Shown here one piece after another: positions 1 through 9,884 of a DNA stretch of 64,000 nucleotides (positions are counted from its first letter, which is position 1; each line of letters opens with the position of its first letter). The notes below the pieces were generated by a model, which was not told where the DNA came from, did not search any database, and saw only the letters and a program-made list of their open reading frames with translations. The stretch covers positions 576,001 to 640,000 of the forward strand of contig CAVTHO010000008.1 of assembly GCA_963734545.1 (NCBI GenBank), written 5' to 3'. The stretch is from an uncultured Spirochaetota bacterium (GTDB lineage: Bacteria > Spirochaetota > Spirochaetia > SZUA-6 > Fen-1364). Made by a program: the position numbers and the translations under genes.

Positions 1-652
1 GGATGGAGAGAAGGACGAGGTCGGGATGGCCCGTGCCGCCGGAAACGAAGGACCGCTGCAGGTAGGGGCGATAGAATGCCTGCATGAGATAGGCGTTCGG
101 AAGCGCTTCTTCGACGGCGTGGAAGTCTTTCAGTGAGCGGCCGAGCCGTTCCCCGTACCTGACCGTGGCAAACTCCGGATCCAGCGTGAACGACACGAAA
201 TCACCCAGGTCCTCGAGGATGCGGGTCGCCAGGGCGCGCGCATCGTCGGGTCCGATGCGGCCTCCGGAAGCCGCCAGAAAGGCCTCGGTGCGCTGCCCGC
301 GAGGAAACTCGGCAGCCTGGGAGAGCCGGTGCGCGAACCCGGGATCGCCGCCCGCGAGAAAGCCCACGATGCCGTCGATCCATTCGAGGTACAGGTCCCG
401 GTAGGACATGTAGCGCGCGAGCTGCCGGGCGCTTTCCGCGTCCGGCGGCTCGCCGAGGATCCGGGATTGCCCGGCATCCTGGAAGATCCGGGCAAGACCC
501 TCCCTGCTGAAGATCGCGCGGTAAAGCCCAATGGAGTGGTCGAAGGAAGATGCGTCGACTCCATTTCCTCTCAGGAACGCCTCCAGGAAATGCACGGCAG
601 GATACGGCGCATTGAGCTGGACAAACGGCGGCTGTATGAGCATGACGCGCAT
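1..652 (-). CDS. B12-binding/radical SAM family protein, N-terminal part (runs off window start)
   Basis: Not in the ORF track; manual translation from ATG at 652 gives MRVMLIQPPFVQLNAPYPAVHFLEAFL...PDLVLLSI, open to the window edge. The PPFxQLNxPYPA start is typical of cobalamin-binding radical SAM proteins. CxxxCxxC lies outside the window if present. Confidence 0.7.
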   Translation of the reverse strand, partial: MRVMLIQPPFVQLNAPYPAVHFLEAFLRGNGVDASSFDHSIGLYRAIFSREGLARIFQDAGQSRILGEPPDAESARQLARYMSYRDLYLEWIDGIVGFLAGGDPGFAHRLSQAAEFPRGQRTEAFLAASGGRIGPDDARALATRILEDLGDFVSFTLDPEFATVRYGERLGRSLKDFHAVEEALPNAYLMQAFYRPYLQRSFVSGGTGHPDLVLLSI

Positions 653-744
653 CGCGTCGATCTTACATGGCCTCCCCGGGCCGGGCAAGGGAAGGCGCGG
701 GGCGGTAGGTGACAAAGTCAGGATGGTGCATAATCGTGGAACTC

Positions 745-1326
745 ATGGCGGAGAATCCGGTCAAGGTGCAGTCCCTCGTGCTTGCCGGCGGTGCAAGCAG
801 GAGGATGGGCATAGACAAGGCTCTCATCAACTACCACGGGGAGCCGCAGGTGCGCCGCCTGGCAGCCATGATGGAGAGTGTGGCAGGCCCGGTGTATGTC
901 TCCGTACGAAGCAATCAGCTCGCCGAACCAGGCTTCCAGGGCCTTCGCCTGCTCTGCGATCAGGTGGAAGACATCGGCCCTCTGGCCGGTCTGCTGGCTG
1001 CATTCATGCTCGGGAGGGGCTGCGCGTGGCTCGCGGCGGCCGTGGACCTGCCCTGGATCTCCGCCGCCACCCTGGAAAGGCTCCTCAGTGCACGTGACCC
1101 GGCCTGCTTCGCAACCGCATATAGAATTCCGCGGACCGAGCTGCCCGAGCCGGTGTGCGCGATCTACGAGCCGGCGATATTGCCCGTGCTGGAGCGCGCG
1201 CTGCGGAACAAACGCTACAGCCTCATGCTCTTGAAAGACGTTCCCCTCAAGCTTGTAGAACCTGCGGATGAGCGCGAGCTGCGGGGAGTCAATGAGCCAG
1301 GTGAGTTCCGAGCGGCCGATTCCTAG
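745..1326 (+). CDS. mobA: Molybdenum cofactor guanylyltransferase
   Basis: LVLAGGASRRMGIDKA, GPLAGL, AVDLP, EPVCAIY and GVN motifs. Confidence 0.9.
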   Translation: MAENPVKVQSLVLAGGASRRMGIDKALINYHGEPQVRRLAAMMESVAGPVYVSVRSNQLAEPGFQGLRLLCDQVEDIGPLAGLLAAFMLGRGCAWLAAAVDLPWISAATLERLLSARDPACFATAYRIPRTELPEPVCAIYEPAILPVLERALRNKRYSLMLLKDVPLKLVEPADERELRGVNEPGEFRAADS

Positions 1327-1736
1327 GCCAGAACGTCCACGGTCCGGGTGCCGTTCCCCTGCTGCTGTGCGGCAAGCTGGTCCCGGGCAGAGGCTTCGGC
1401 CCTGTACGCTTCGGAGGCGGCCCGCGTGTCGGCCGGAGTCGTCTCGCCACCGGCATAGGCGCGGGAAATCTGGGAAACCGAGTTCTGGAGGGTGGTTTCG
1501 GCATCCCTGGCAACGGGGGTCACGTTTTCCCGCGTGCCCACTGACGCCGGCGCGCGCGTGTCCTCCGCGCCGGCGAGATATGACGGCGAGGCGCTGCGGG
1601 ACGCTTCTGCGGTCCTCCGCGCGTCGTTCTCCTGCGCAGCGGACTGCACCGCATCCGGGGTCGTCTCCGGCGGCCTGCTGGTCTGTATTGCCCGATTGAT
1701 CACGGGCGAGATCGACGAAACTGCTTCGATCGCCAT
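1323..1736 (-). CDS. Small SprA-related-like hypothetical protein
   Basis: 137 aa; RBS-like GAGG upstream; C-terminal DAETTLQ...RAYAGGETTPADTRAASEAYRAEASARDQL resembles the SprA-related family C-terminus. Confidence 0.6.
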   Translation of the reverse strand: MAIEAVSSISPVINRAIQTSRPPETTPDAVQSAAQENDARRTAEASRSASPSYLAGAEDTRAPASVGTRENVTPVARDAETTLQNSVSQISRAYAGGETTPADTRAASEAYRAEASARDQLAAQQQGNGTRTVDVLA

Positions 1737-1821
1737 ATGGATACCTCGTCTCGACTCGTTTTCAATGTACCACGAATCACGGCGCGATTCAAACCGCGCG
1801 CACGGGGCGCGCTTCGGGGCT

Positions 1822-4552
1822 TCAGCCGGTTGTGCGCATGCCCGCGGCCACCCCTTCGATGGTCAGACGAAGGAGCTCGCGGCACTCGGTCTGACGCGGG
1901 ACGTCGCCTTCCTGCTCGGCCTCCCTGAGCCGGCGCAGCCACTCCACCTGCAGGAGGTTCAGCGGGTCGGTATTCGGGTTCCGCAGCATGATGGACCGCT
2001 TCAACCAGGGGATCTCTTCCAGCAGGTCGGCGTGGCCGTTTGTTTTCAGCACGGCATCCCGGCTGCGCCCGTACTCCGCCGCGATCAGTCCCCAGATCCG
2101 TTCCCTGATCTCGACATCCTCCACGAGCTGCGCGTACATGCGCCCGATTTCCATCTCCGACTTGGCGAGCGCGAGCACGGCGTTGTCGAGGGTCGCACGG
2201 AAGAACGGCCAGCCCTCGTACATCTCCTGGAGCGTGCTCCACCCGTCCGCGTGCGCGCGCGCAAAGCACTGGAACGCGGAGCCGATGCCGTACCAGGCCG
2301 GGATCATGCACCTGTTCTGGGTCCAGGCAAAAACCCAAGGGATAGCGCGCAGGTCGGCGAGGCTGCGGATCCCCCGGCGATGCGCCGGCCGCGAGGCGAT
2401 GGGCAGCGACTCGATCTCCCTTATGGGAGTTGCCTGCTCGAAAAAGGAAAGGAACCCCGGCTGGTCGATGAGACCCCTGTACGCCGCCAGGGCCTCGGTG
2501 GCGAGCTCCTGCATTGCATCGCGCCACCGCGCGCGCGGCGGAGAGAGCGGCTTCAACGAGGCAGCCAGGGTGGCCCAGATGACCTGCTCGAGGTGCCGGG
2601 CAGCGATGGGGGGATCGTCATACCGGTCCGCAAGGACCTCGCCCTGTTCGGTCATGCGGAGCCCTGCCCCGAGGGATTCGGGCGGAAGCGCCAGGATGCT
2701 GCGGGCGGCAGGGCCCCCGCCCCTGCCCAGCGAGCCTCCTCTGCCGTGAAAAAAGATCAGCCGCACCCCGTGGTCCTGGGCAACCTGGGAAAGCACGCTC
2801 TGGGCCTTGTAGAGGGCCCAGCAGGCGGCCAGGTATCCCCCGTCCTTCGTGCTGTCCGAATAACCGATCATCACCGTCTGCACGTCCTTCCTGCGCGCGA
2901 GGTGCCGCCTGTACGCCGGATCCTGCAGCATTTCCCGTATGATCACCGGTGCATGCTCCAGGTCCTCGATGGTCTCGAAGAGCGGGATGATCTCCATGGC
3001 GGGTCCGGCATGCAGCCGCATCAGCCACAGGGCGGCGAGGATGTCGCTGACCGAGTGGGTCATGCTGATGATGTGTCCGCCCAGGGCTTCGTCCCCCAGG
3101 GTCGCTGCCGCGCGCCCCAGCGTGGAGAACACCTCCAGTGTTTCCCGCGCATCGTCGCTCAGCTCCGCCTCCGGCGGTGCCGTGTCGCGGGAGAGGGCAC
3201 GGTGAAAAAGCTCCCGCTTGCTGCCTTCCGGAAGGGACGCGTAGTCCTCCGCGAGGCCGAGCGCCCGCATGAGCTCCGCGACAACGGCCCGGTTCCTGCC
3301 CGGACTCCTGGCGGATGTCCAGGCGCGCGAAATGCAGGCCGAACACTTCCGTCTGCCACAGCCAGCCCTGCAGGTCTCCCTCGAATATCGGTCCGCCCTG
3401 GTTCTGGCGCAGGCTGTCACGGATGAGAACGAGGTCCCCCGCCAGCTCTTCTCCCGAGCGGTATGCGCCGGCAGGGAGGCCGTCAAGGGATTCCGCCACG
3501 CGGGTGCGCTGGAGCCGCCACTCCACGATCTTCAGAAATCGGCGGTAGACCTCGTGCGGAGAAATGGGCTCCAGGAGGGGAACCACCTCGGGAGTATCGT
3601 GCATGCGCGCATCCAGCGCCCCGCGCAGCTCCCGGGAGACGCCGACCTCCCGCTCTGAGGGGGTAAGCTCGTCGAACAGGAGCCTGCATTGCTCGAGATG
3701 CGCGTCCACGGCCGCGGCCCGCATGCGCAGGAGCGTCTGGCCGGTCACCCGGGCGCTCACGTGCGGATTGCCGTCACGGTCCCCGCCGATCCAGGACCCG
3801 AAGCTCAGGAAGGGAGGGAGACGGAAGGCGGCGCCGGGAAAAGTCTTCCCGAGCGCACGCGCGAGCTCCCCGTAGATGACAGGTGTCACCTCCCAGAGCG
3901 TGGCGGCGAAAAATAATCCGACCTCGACTTCTTCGATGACGCTCGGCCGCCGCGGCCTGACGAGCTCGGTCTGCCAGAGGCCGGTCAACAGCGATCTCAT
4001 GCGGGTGAGCAGCCGCTCCCGCTCACGGGGGAGAAGCTGCTCGTCGTCCAGACGAACCAGGCACTGGCGAAGAAGCCTGACCTTGACGCGCACCGACCGG
4101 CGCTTTGCCTCAGTGGGGTGCGCGGTGAAAACGAGGCCGATGGCGAGGAGATCCAGGAGCGCCTGGCTTTTCACGGGGTCCAGCCCGGCTCCGCGCATGA
4201 GGAGCACTGCCTCCTCCACGGACTCGGATCGGGGCTCGGGGTATCGCGCGCGTTCCCTCTCGCGGAGCACGCGGATCCGCTCCCTGTCCTCAGCGAGGTT
4301 CATGAGGTCGAAAAACAGCGTGAATGCGCGCACGACGGTGCGCGCCTCGGAGTCGCTCAGGGAGGCGATCCGCGCCCGCAGCGCGTGCTCGGCATCAGGC
4401 AGCCCTTCCCGGCGCGCGCGCGCGGCCAGGCGGATCTCTTCCTCCAGATCGTAGCGCGCATCCCCGGCCTGCTCGCGGATTATCTCTCCGAGCATCCGGC
4501 CCAGGAATTTGATCTCTGCTCCGAGCTTTTCCCTTCTTTCAGATATTTCCAT
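1822..4552 (-). CDS. ppc: Phosphoenolpyruvate carboxylase (one frameshift near 3300)
   Basis: VFTAHPTE, GSWIGGDRDGNP and LDIRQES in ORF 2618-4552; MIGYSDSTKDGG, FHGRGGSLGRGGGP, LRAIPWVFAWTQ and GMRTTG in ORF 1822-3486. Confidence 0.93.
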
Positions 4553-4611
4553 CAGTTATTTCCATGCCGCCACGAATTTCAGATGGAATCCCGAGGATGT
4601 CAACCCGGATA

Positions 4612-4663
4612 CGAATGCCATGGAGTACTATGGCCGCGAATGCCATGGAGTACCATGGCCGCG
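4612..4663. repeat. Tandem 25-bp repeat with internal palindrome in the divergent ppc/ECF intergenic region
   Basis: cgaatgccatggagtactatggccg followed by cgaatgccatggagtaccatggccg (1 mismatch); unit 2 contains gccatgg-agta-ccatggc. Confidence 0.85.
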
Positions 4664-4672
4664 GTATTTTGC

Positions 4673-4701
4673 TTGACTTTATGGCAGTCCAACAGCAGAA
4701 T
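4673..4701 (+). promoter_or_regulatory. Putative sigma70 promoter of the ECF sigma gene
   Basis: TTGACT-17 nt-CAGAAT, ending 10 nt before ATG 4712. Confidence 0.45.
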
Positions 4702-4711
4702 TCCCTCAGGG

Positions 4712-5284
4712 ATGGAACGCGTGGATCCGGACGACGAGGAGCTCATCAGACAGATCAGCCAGGCCCAGCCGGAGGCGGTCCGCGTGCTGTACCGACGCTA
4801 TGGACGGATGGTCTACAGTGTCGCCCTGCGCGCGGTGGGAGATGCGTCCGCCGCGGAGGAGATCACGCAGGACGTGTTCCTCCGGATCTGGGAAAAAGCA
4901 AAAACCTATCAGGCGGACAAGGCCAAGGTCGTCACATGGATCGCGCGGATCGCGCGCAACCGCGCTATCGACGTGTATCGTCAGCGCAGGTCCCGGGACG
5001 AACGGGCCAGCGCGGGGTGGGAGGAGCTGAAGCAGGCGGCCGCTGCGCCGGCGCCGCACCCCGGTGAACGCATGGAGGCCGCGCGGCTGCAGGGGCGCGT
5101 GCGGGAGGCCGTTGCCTCCCTTCCCCCTGATCAGAGGGCCGCGCTTTCCCTCGCATTTTTCCAGGGCCTCACCCACAAGGAGATTGCGGAGGAGCTCGGA
5201 GAGCCGCTGGGGACAGTCAAGACCCGGATCCGGGCAGCTATGCAGAGGCTTCGTTCCATCCTTGATGGAGTCGGTGAGCTGTGA
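4712..5284 (+). CDS. ECF RNA polymerase sigma factor (SigK-like)
   Basis: Region 2 AEEITQDVFLRIW...WIARIARNRAID; region 4 GLTHKEIAEELGEPLGTVKTRIR; adjacent RskA-type anti-sigma. Confidence 0.9.
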   Translation: MERVDPDDEELIRQISQAQPEAVRVLYRRYGRMVYSVALRAVGDASAAEEITQDVFLRIWEKAKTYQADKAKVVTWIARIARNRAIDVYRQRRSRDERASAGWEELKQAAAAPAPHPGERMEAARLQGRVREAVASLPPDQRAALSLAFFQGLTHKEIAEELGEPLGTVKTRIRAAMQRLRSILDGVGEL

Positions 5285-5357
5285 CAATCTCATTTCGGCG
5301 ATATTCCGTATACAATGGCGGGGGAGAATGGGCTGAAACGGAAACGGAAGCGGAAAA

Positions 5358-6059
5358 ATGGCCAAGATGAAAGATAACCACGAAGAACTGGATCTTCTTC
5401 CCGCGTACGCCCTGGGCAGCCTCGACGCGGAGGATTCCGACCGGGTCAGGGAGCACGTTGCCGGCTGCCGGACGTGCCGGGAAGAGCTCGCCACCTACCA
5501 TGAGGTCACCGGCCGGCTTGCACTCGCCGTCCCCGAGCAGGATCCGCCCGCCTGGCTCGAGTCGAGGATAATGGAGAAAGTCCTGTCCACCCGCCGCCGT
5601 CGGTCCTTCAACGAGATCCTCGGGATGAGGCGCCCGATGCTGGCAGCGGTTGCTGCCGCGCTCATCATCGCGCTCGGCGCGGGAAACATCTACCTTTTGA
5701 CCCGGCCTTTCCAGCCCCCGACCCTTGTCCCCGGTCTCGTCACGGTTGTTCTCAGGGGAGCAGGGGACACGCGGGACGCGTACGGCACCATCATGCTCGA
5801 CCGTGATGACAACAGGGGCGTGCTTGCCGTGCATGGTCTGGCACCACTGGACGCGTCGAGCGCGTATCAGCTCTGGATCATCAGACAGGATGAGCGCAGG
5901 AGCGGCGGCGTCTTCACCGTGACCCCCGACGGGTATGGGTCCCTGCAGCTCATGGTGCCAGCCGGGTTCACCGGGTACACCGGGTTCGGCGTTTCGATAG
6001 AGCCCGCGGGAGGAAGCGCGTCACCCACGGGCGCGCGCGTGATGAGCGGCAAGATATAG
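5358..6059 (+). CDS. Anti-sigma factor, RskA-like with zinc-finger ZAS domain
   Basis: LLPAYALGSLD...HVAGCRTC (HxxxCxxC), one TM helix, C-terminal YQLW...SGGVF...VSIEPAGGSASPTG. Confidence 0.88.
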   Translation: MAKMKDNHEELDLLPAYALGSLDAEDSDRVREHVAGCRTCREELATYHEVTGRLALAVPEQDPPAWLESRIMEKVLSTRRRRSFNEILGMRRPMLAAVAAALIIALGAGNIYLLTRPFQPPTLVPGLVTVVLRGAGDTRDAYGTIMLDRDDNRGVLAVHGLAPLDASSAYQLWIIRQDERRSGGVFTVTPDGYGSLQLMVPAGFTGYTGFGVSIEPAGGSASPTGARVMSGKI

Positions 6060-6137
6060 ATCAACGGAACTGCGCGGGGTACCGTGCAAGGTACCGCGGC
6101 GCCATGATCAAGATGTGATCCCGCTTCTTCAGTCCTC

Positions 6138-6171
6138 AGAAACGCCGCCTCGAAAGGCGGCGTTTCTTTTT
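6138..6171 (+). terminator. Rho-independent terminator between convergent genes
   Basis: agaaacgccgcct-cgaa-aggcggcgtttct followed by a T run. Confidence 0.8.
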
Positions 6172-6182
6172 CGGCGCGCGGA

Positions 6183-6944
6183 TTAGGCGGCCGCACGCCT
6201 GAACGAGCGCATGGCCCACCAGAACGCCAGCACGGCAAGGCCGCCCAGCATCAGGACCCCTGCCAGGATGGCAGGATCCGTGAAGTCCCCGCGGAACAGC
6301 GCGCGTGAGGCGGTCACCTCGTATGCGAAGGGGTTGACCGACGCGAGGGAGCGGATGATCTTCGGCGCAAGCGTCAGGGGAAGAGTGATGCCGGACAGGA
6401 GCAGCAGCGGGGTGGCCACGGTATTGATCGTGGAGGCCAGCGAGTCCTCCTGCTTCAGCAGGAGCGCCAGCGCATATGAACAGGATGCCATGATGGTTCC
6501 CGTGAGGACCATCATCGCGAATACGACGAGGAGACCGGGCAGGCTGACGCTCAGACCCATCGGCAGCGCCAGGAGGACGACAAGGACCGACTGGATGAGC
6601 AGGACCGAGATGTCCCGCAGAATGTACGCGAGCAGGATGGCGAGCCTGCTCGAGGGCGTGACGAGGATGCGCTCGACGAACCCGTTGCGGATATGGTCCA
6701 CGAGACCGAAACCCGCGAAGGCGGTCGTGAAAAGCGACAGCATGACGAGAAGCCCGGGCGTGAAGACGGTGATGGCGCCGCCCTGCGGGAACCCGGGCAC
6801 GCTGCCCAGGTTGGAAAGCAGCGGCGCAAAGAGCAGCAGGTAGAGAATGGGCTGGAAGAGCCCGATGAACAGCCAGACGGGGTTGCGCAGGCTCCCCCTG
6901 ACGTTCCGCGCATAGAGGACCCGAAGATCGTTGAGGAATTTCAT
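6183..6944 (-). CDS. ABC-2 type exporter permease (DrrB-like)
   Basis: 253 aa, about 6 TM helices, GFVERILVTPSSR, NPFAY. Confidence 0.88.
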   Translation of the reverse strand: MKFLNDLRVLYARNVRGSLRNPVWLFIGLFQPILYLLLFAPLLSNLGSVPGFPQGGAITVFTPGLLVMLSLFTTAFAGFGLVDHIRNGFVERILVTPSSRLAILLAYILRDISVLLIQSVLVVLLALPMGLSVSLPGLLVVFAMMVLTGTIMASCSYALALLLKQEDSLASTINTVATPLLLLSGITLPLTLAPKIIRSLASVNPFAYEVTASRALFRGDFTDPAILAGVLMLGGLAVLAFWWAMRSFRRAAA

Positions 6945-7972
6945 TTCGTGCTCCTTGTGGATGCGATGAGGGCACCTTCATCCTTGAGTGAGTGCCCGGT
7001 GGCTCGGAGAAAGACGTCGTCCAGCGACGGCCGCGACAGGGAGATGTCCGCGACCCCGATGCCCCGGCCTTCGAGAAGCCGGATGACAACCGGCAGCGCC
7101 TCTCCGCCGTGGGAGACGACGAGCCTCAGGTTTCCCCCCTCGGCCTTGATCTCCCGCACGAGCGGCAGGTCACGGAGCACTCCTATCGCGACCTCGGGAG
7201 CGTTCTCCACGTGATTGACCGTGAGGGAAAGGATATCCCCTTCGATGCCGTGCTTGAGCTGCGTGGGGCTTCCCTCCGAGACGATGCGCCCCTGATCGAT
7301 GATGGCGATCCTGTCGCAGAGCGCGTCCGCCTCCTCCATGTAGTGCGTGGTGAGGAATACGGTAGTGCCCAGTTTCCTGAGCAGGCGTATCTGCGCCCAG
7401 AGCTGGGACCGGCTCACCGGATCGAGCCCGGTAGTCGGCTCGTCGAGGAAGAGGATCTTCGGGCTGTGCACCATGCCCACGGCGATATCTATCTTTCTTC
7501 TTTGTCCGCCGGAGTAGGTCCTGGCGAACCGGTCCACGAACGGGGACAGCTCGAGCGCATCGATCAGCTCTTCGCTTCGCGTGCGCGCTGCAGCGGCGGA
7601 AAGCCCGTAGAGACGCGCCTGAAGGACCATGTTCTCACGCCCCGAGGCAAGAGGATCGGTTCCTCCTGCCTGGCTCACGTATCCGACCTGCCGCCTGACC
7701 TGGCGAGGTGCGGCGCGCATGTCGAACCCTGCAATGGCCACGCTGCCGTCATCCGGCGACAGCAGGGTGGAAAGGATCCGCAGCGTCGTGCTCTTGCCTG
7801 CGCCGTTGGGCCCGAGGAACCCGAAGATCTCTCCGTCCTCGACCGACAGATCGATGCCGTTTACCGCGTGGACGAGCTCCGGCCGTCCCTTTCCCTTTCG
7901 GGTCCGGAAGCTCTTGCGTAAACCTTTGATAGTTATGACAGCCATAACTGTTCTCTCCTCTGCCATTTTCAT
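6941..7972 (-). CDS. ABC exporter ATP-binding protein (DrrA-like)
   Basis: GPNGAGKS, YSGGQRRK, LFLDEPTTGLDP, TTHYMEEA, PSLDDVFL..TG. Confidence 0.92.
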   Translation of the reverse strand: MKMAEERTVMAVITIKGLRKSFRTRKGKGRPELVHAVNGIDLSVEDGEIFGFLGPNGAGKSTTLRILSTLLSPDDGSVAIAGFDMRAAPRQVRRQVGYVSQAGGTDPLASGRENMVLQARLYGLSAAAARTRSEELIDALELSPFVDRFARTYSGGQRRKIDIAVGMVHSPKILFLDEPTTGLDPVSRSQLWAQIRLLRKLGTTVFLTTHYMEEADALCDRIAIIDQGRIVSEGSPTQLKHGIEGDILSLTVNHVENAPEVAIGVLRDLPLVREIKAEGGNLRLVVSHGGEALPVVIRLLEGRGIGVADISLSRPSLDDVFLRATGHSLKDEGALIASTRSTK

Positions 7973-7994
7973 GGCTATTGATTAATTTCAGTGA

Positions 7995-8023
7995 TAAAAT
8001 AGCAGGATGATTAATTCTTGTCA
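7995..8023 (-). promoter_or_regulatory. AT-rich sigma70-like promoter for the ABC operon
   Basis: Minus strand TTGACA-17 nt-TATTTT within an AT-rich island with AATTAAT boxes. Confidence 0.55.
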
Positions 8024-8059
8024 ACAGAATAATGAATATTTTTAATAACTAATTAATTT

Positions 8060-8098
8060 ATTTAATAAAGCCGCGCCTACTGGCTGGTAGACGCGGCC
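8060..8098 (-). terminator. Rho-independent terminator after the pentapeptide-repeat gene
   Basis: Minus strand gccgcgtctacc-agcc-agtaggcgcggc followed by tttatt. Confidence 0.6.
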
Positions 8099-8112
8099 TT
8101 GCTGCCTGGAAA

Positions 8113-9408
8113 TCAACGTCCTGCCAGAGCCTCCAGATCTTCAGCTCTTTCTATGGTTTTCCCTGAAAAATCGACGCCGCGGAGCCGGATGTCTTTTGCC
8201 TTTATGTCCTTGAAGGTTGTTTCACGAAACGTACAATCCACAAACTCCACGTTCTGGAGCTCGCAATCGACGAGGGAAAGCTTCTCCGCGCCCTTCTGGA
8301 AAAGACCGAACGCCTTGTGAAAAGGGTCCCGAAACACGGTATTGCTCACCGTGCAGTTCTGGATGTGCAGACCTTCGAAGGAAATACCCTCGAATCGCGA
8401 GTCCTTGAATCGGGAATTGCGGATCTCGCTGTTCTGCAGGCGCACGCCGCGAAACGCGGAATCCTCGATCTCAGTTCCGGCAAACAGGGCATCGGTAAGC
8501 GCACATCCATAGATCCGCACATTCTTGAATCGCCCCCCCTCCAGGGTGACCCGGGACGCCGCAACGCCGTTCAACCTGCAGTCCTTCATGAGGGACGCGC
8601 CCGAAAGGGAGAGGGTATTCATCGCTGAACCCGAGAAGCGCGTATCTTCGATGCTGCTTCCGTCTCTCAAGGAGAGCGACGTGAGACTTCCCCCGGCGAT
8701 CTTCGTATCCTTCAAAGTGGACGTGCCGGTCAGGGACATGCGGGCGACCTTTGCGCCGGCAAGACTCATGCCCTTTACCTGCGAGCCTTCCATGCGGAGC
8801 TCGTGAACCGAAGCACCGGCAAACGAGGAGTCCTCCAGGCTGCTGTCGATGAGCTCCGCATCCTTGAATGTCGAGGCGGAAAACGAATTGTCCTTCACCC
8901 GTGAGCGGACATACCGCATGCCGGACATCTTGCTGAAGGCCACGCGGTTTCCCTGGAACTCGAATGAGTCCCCTTCGGGAGCCTCCACGCGTGAGGAGTC
9001 CTGGGCATTCCCGCCCCGTCTCCCCCCGCGGCGCGGGTCCCATTCATAGTGGTAGTGATAGGCATATTTTCCGGTGCCCGGGTCCCAGTCGCCCCGGTCG
9101 GAGCTGACGCCGAGGCCGGAGGTGATGCCGCCCACCATGTCGTCCACCCACTCCATGTCGAAAAAGGAGCGGGAGCGGCGTCCACCGCGCCGGCCAGAGG
9201 GCGTATCGCCCCCAGGTTCCCCCTGGACCCCGGCAGCTTCACCGGCAGCTTCCGCGCCGCCCGGCTCGGCCCCTGGCTCTTCACCGGCAGCGACGGGATC
9301 ACCTTCACTGTCCTCTGAAAGCGCCTTCAGGAGCTCATCCGCCTGTTCGGGGGTGATCGTTCCCTTCTCCTGCATCGAGCGGATCCTGTCAGCCGCTGAT
9401 CTGTCCAT
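8113..9408 (-). CDS. SHOCT-like N-terminus plus pentapeptide-repeat protein
   Basis: MDRSAADRIRSMQEKGTITPEQADELLKAL, low-complexity linker, then long pentapeptide periodicity (SSFAGASVHELRM...VEFVDCTFRETTF...GVDFSG). Confidence 0.75.
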   Translation of the reverse strand: MDRSAADRIRSMQEKGTITPEQADELLKALSEDSEGDPVAAGEEPGAEPGGAEAAGEAAGVQGEPGGDTPSGRRGGRRSRSFFDMEWVDDMVGGITSGLGVSSDRGDWDPGTGKYAYHYHYEWDPRRGGRRGGNAQDSSRVEAPEGDSFEFQGNRVAFSKMSGMRYVRSRVKDNSFSASTFKDAELIDSSLEDSSFAGASVHELRMEGSQVKGMSLAGAKVARMSLTGTSTLKDTKIAGGSLTSLSLRDGSSIEDTRFSGSAMNTLSLSGASLMKDCRLNGVAASRVTLEGGRFKNVRIYGCALTDALFAGTEIEDSAFRGVRLQNSEIRNSRFKDSRFEGISFEGLHIQNCTVSNTVFRDPFHKAFGLFQKGAEKLSLVDCELQNVEFVDCTFRETTFKDIKAKDIRLRGVDFSGKTIERAEDLEALAGR

Positions 9409-9850
9409 CGCCCTTGCCTCCCTTCTTTTTCGCCTTGATGAGCCGCACCGCATCCTTGTAGCTGATTTGTCCGCTCTCCAGCCTGTCGAGGACGTCGTCC
9501 GCAGGTGCCTCCTCGGGGGGAACCTGGCTGCCCGACGATGTGCCGTGTTCCTGTGCCTGAGCCTGAAACCTGGGGCCGGAAAGGTTGAGCTTCTGCTTGA
9601 TCGACGCAAGGTGCCCCTTGACCGTTGGATAGCTCACCCCGAGCGCAGCCTCCATGTCCCTGATGCGCCCCTCGCAGTAGATGAACACGCGTAGAAAGTG
9701 AAGCTCGTCGGGGGTCAGGGACCCGAATTCGTTCATCACGAAATCTCCCTCGACCTTCAACCCGCACGAGTCGCATACGAGAGTGCGTGGATACAGCTGC
9801 CCATTGCACGATGGACAACGCACGTTTGCATCGATACGATTTCTTGGCAT
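9389..9850 (-). CDS. DUF2089 family protein (zinc ribbon, HTH, SHOCT-like tail)
   Basis: CPSC...CDSC, GRIRDMEAALGVSYPTVKGHL, DVLDRLESGQISYKDAVRLI. Confidence 0.85.
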   Translation of the reverse strand: MPRNRIDANVRCPSCNGQLYPRTLVCDSCGLKVEGDFVMNEFGSLTPDELHFLRVFIYCEGRIRDMEAALGVSYPTVKGHLASIKQKLNLSGPRFQAQAQEHGTSSGSQVPPEEAPADDVLDRLESGQISYKDAVRLIKAKKKGGKGDGQISG

Positions 9851-9884
9851 ATGATGAGTATAACTTAATTTAATTAATTGTCAA
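9851..9884 (-). promoter_or_regulatory. Putative promoter for a leaderless DUF2089 transcript
   Basis: Minus strand TTGACA-16 nt-TATACT-6 nt-ATG; no Shine-Dalgarno. Confidence 0.55.

Noticed and set aside
1492-3426. Long opposite-strand ORFs (e.g. 1492-3426, 26574-28166, 42518-45340, 48193-50112, 57011-58828)
   Set aside because: Antisense shadows of real genes, expected with high-GC codon bias; no recognisable motifs.
5335-5357. gaaacg-gaaacg-gaagcg-gaaaa microrepeat before the anti-sigma gene
   Set aside because: Too short to support a function; probably part of a purine-rich ribosome-binding region.
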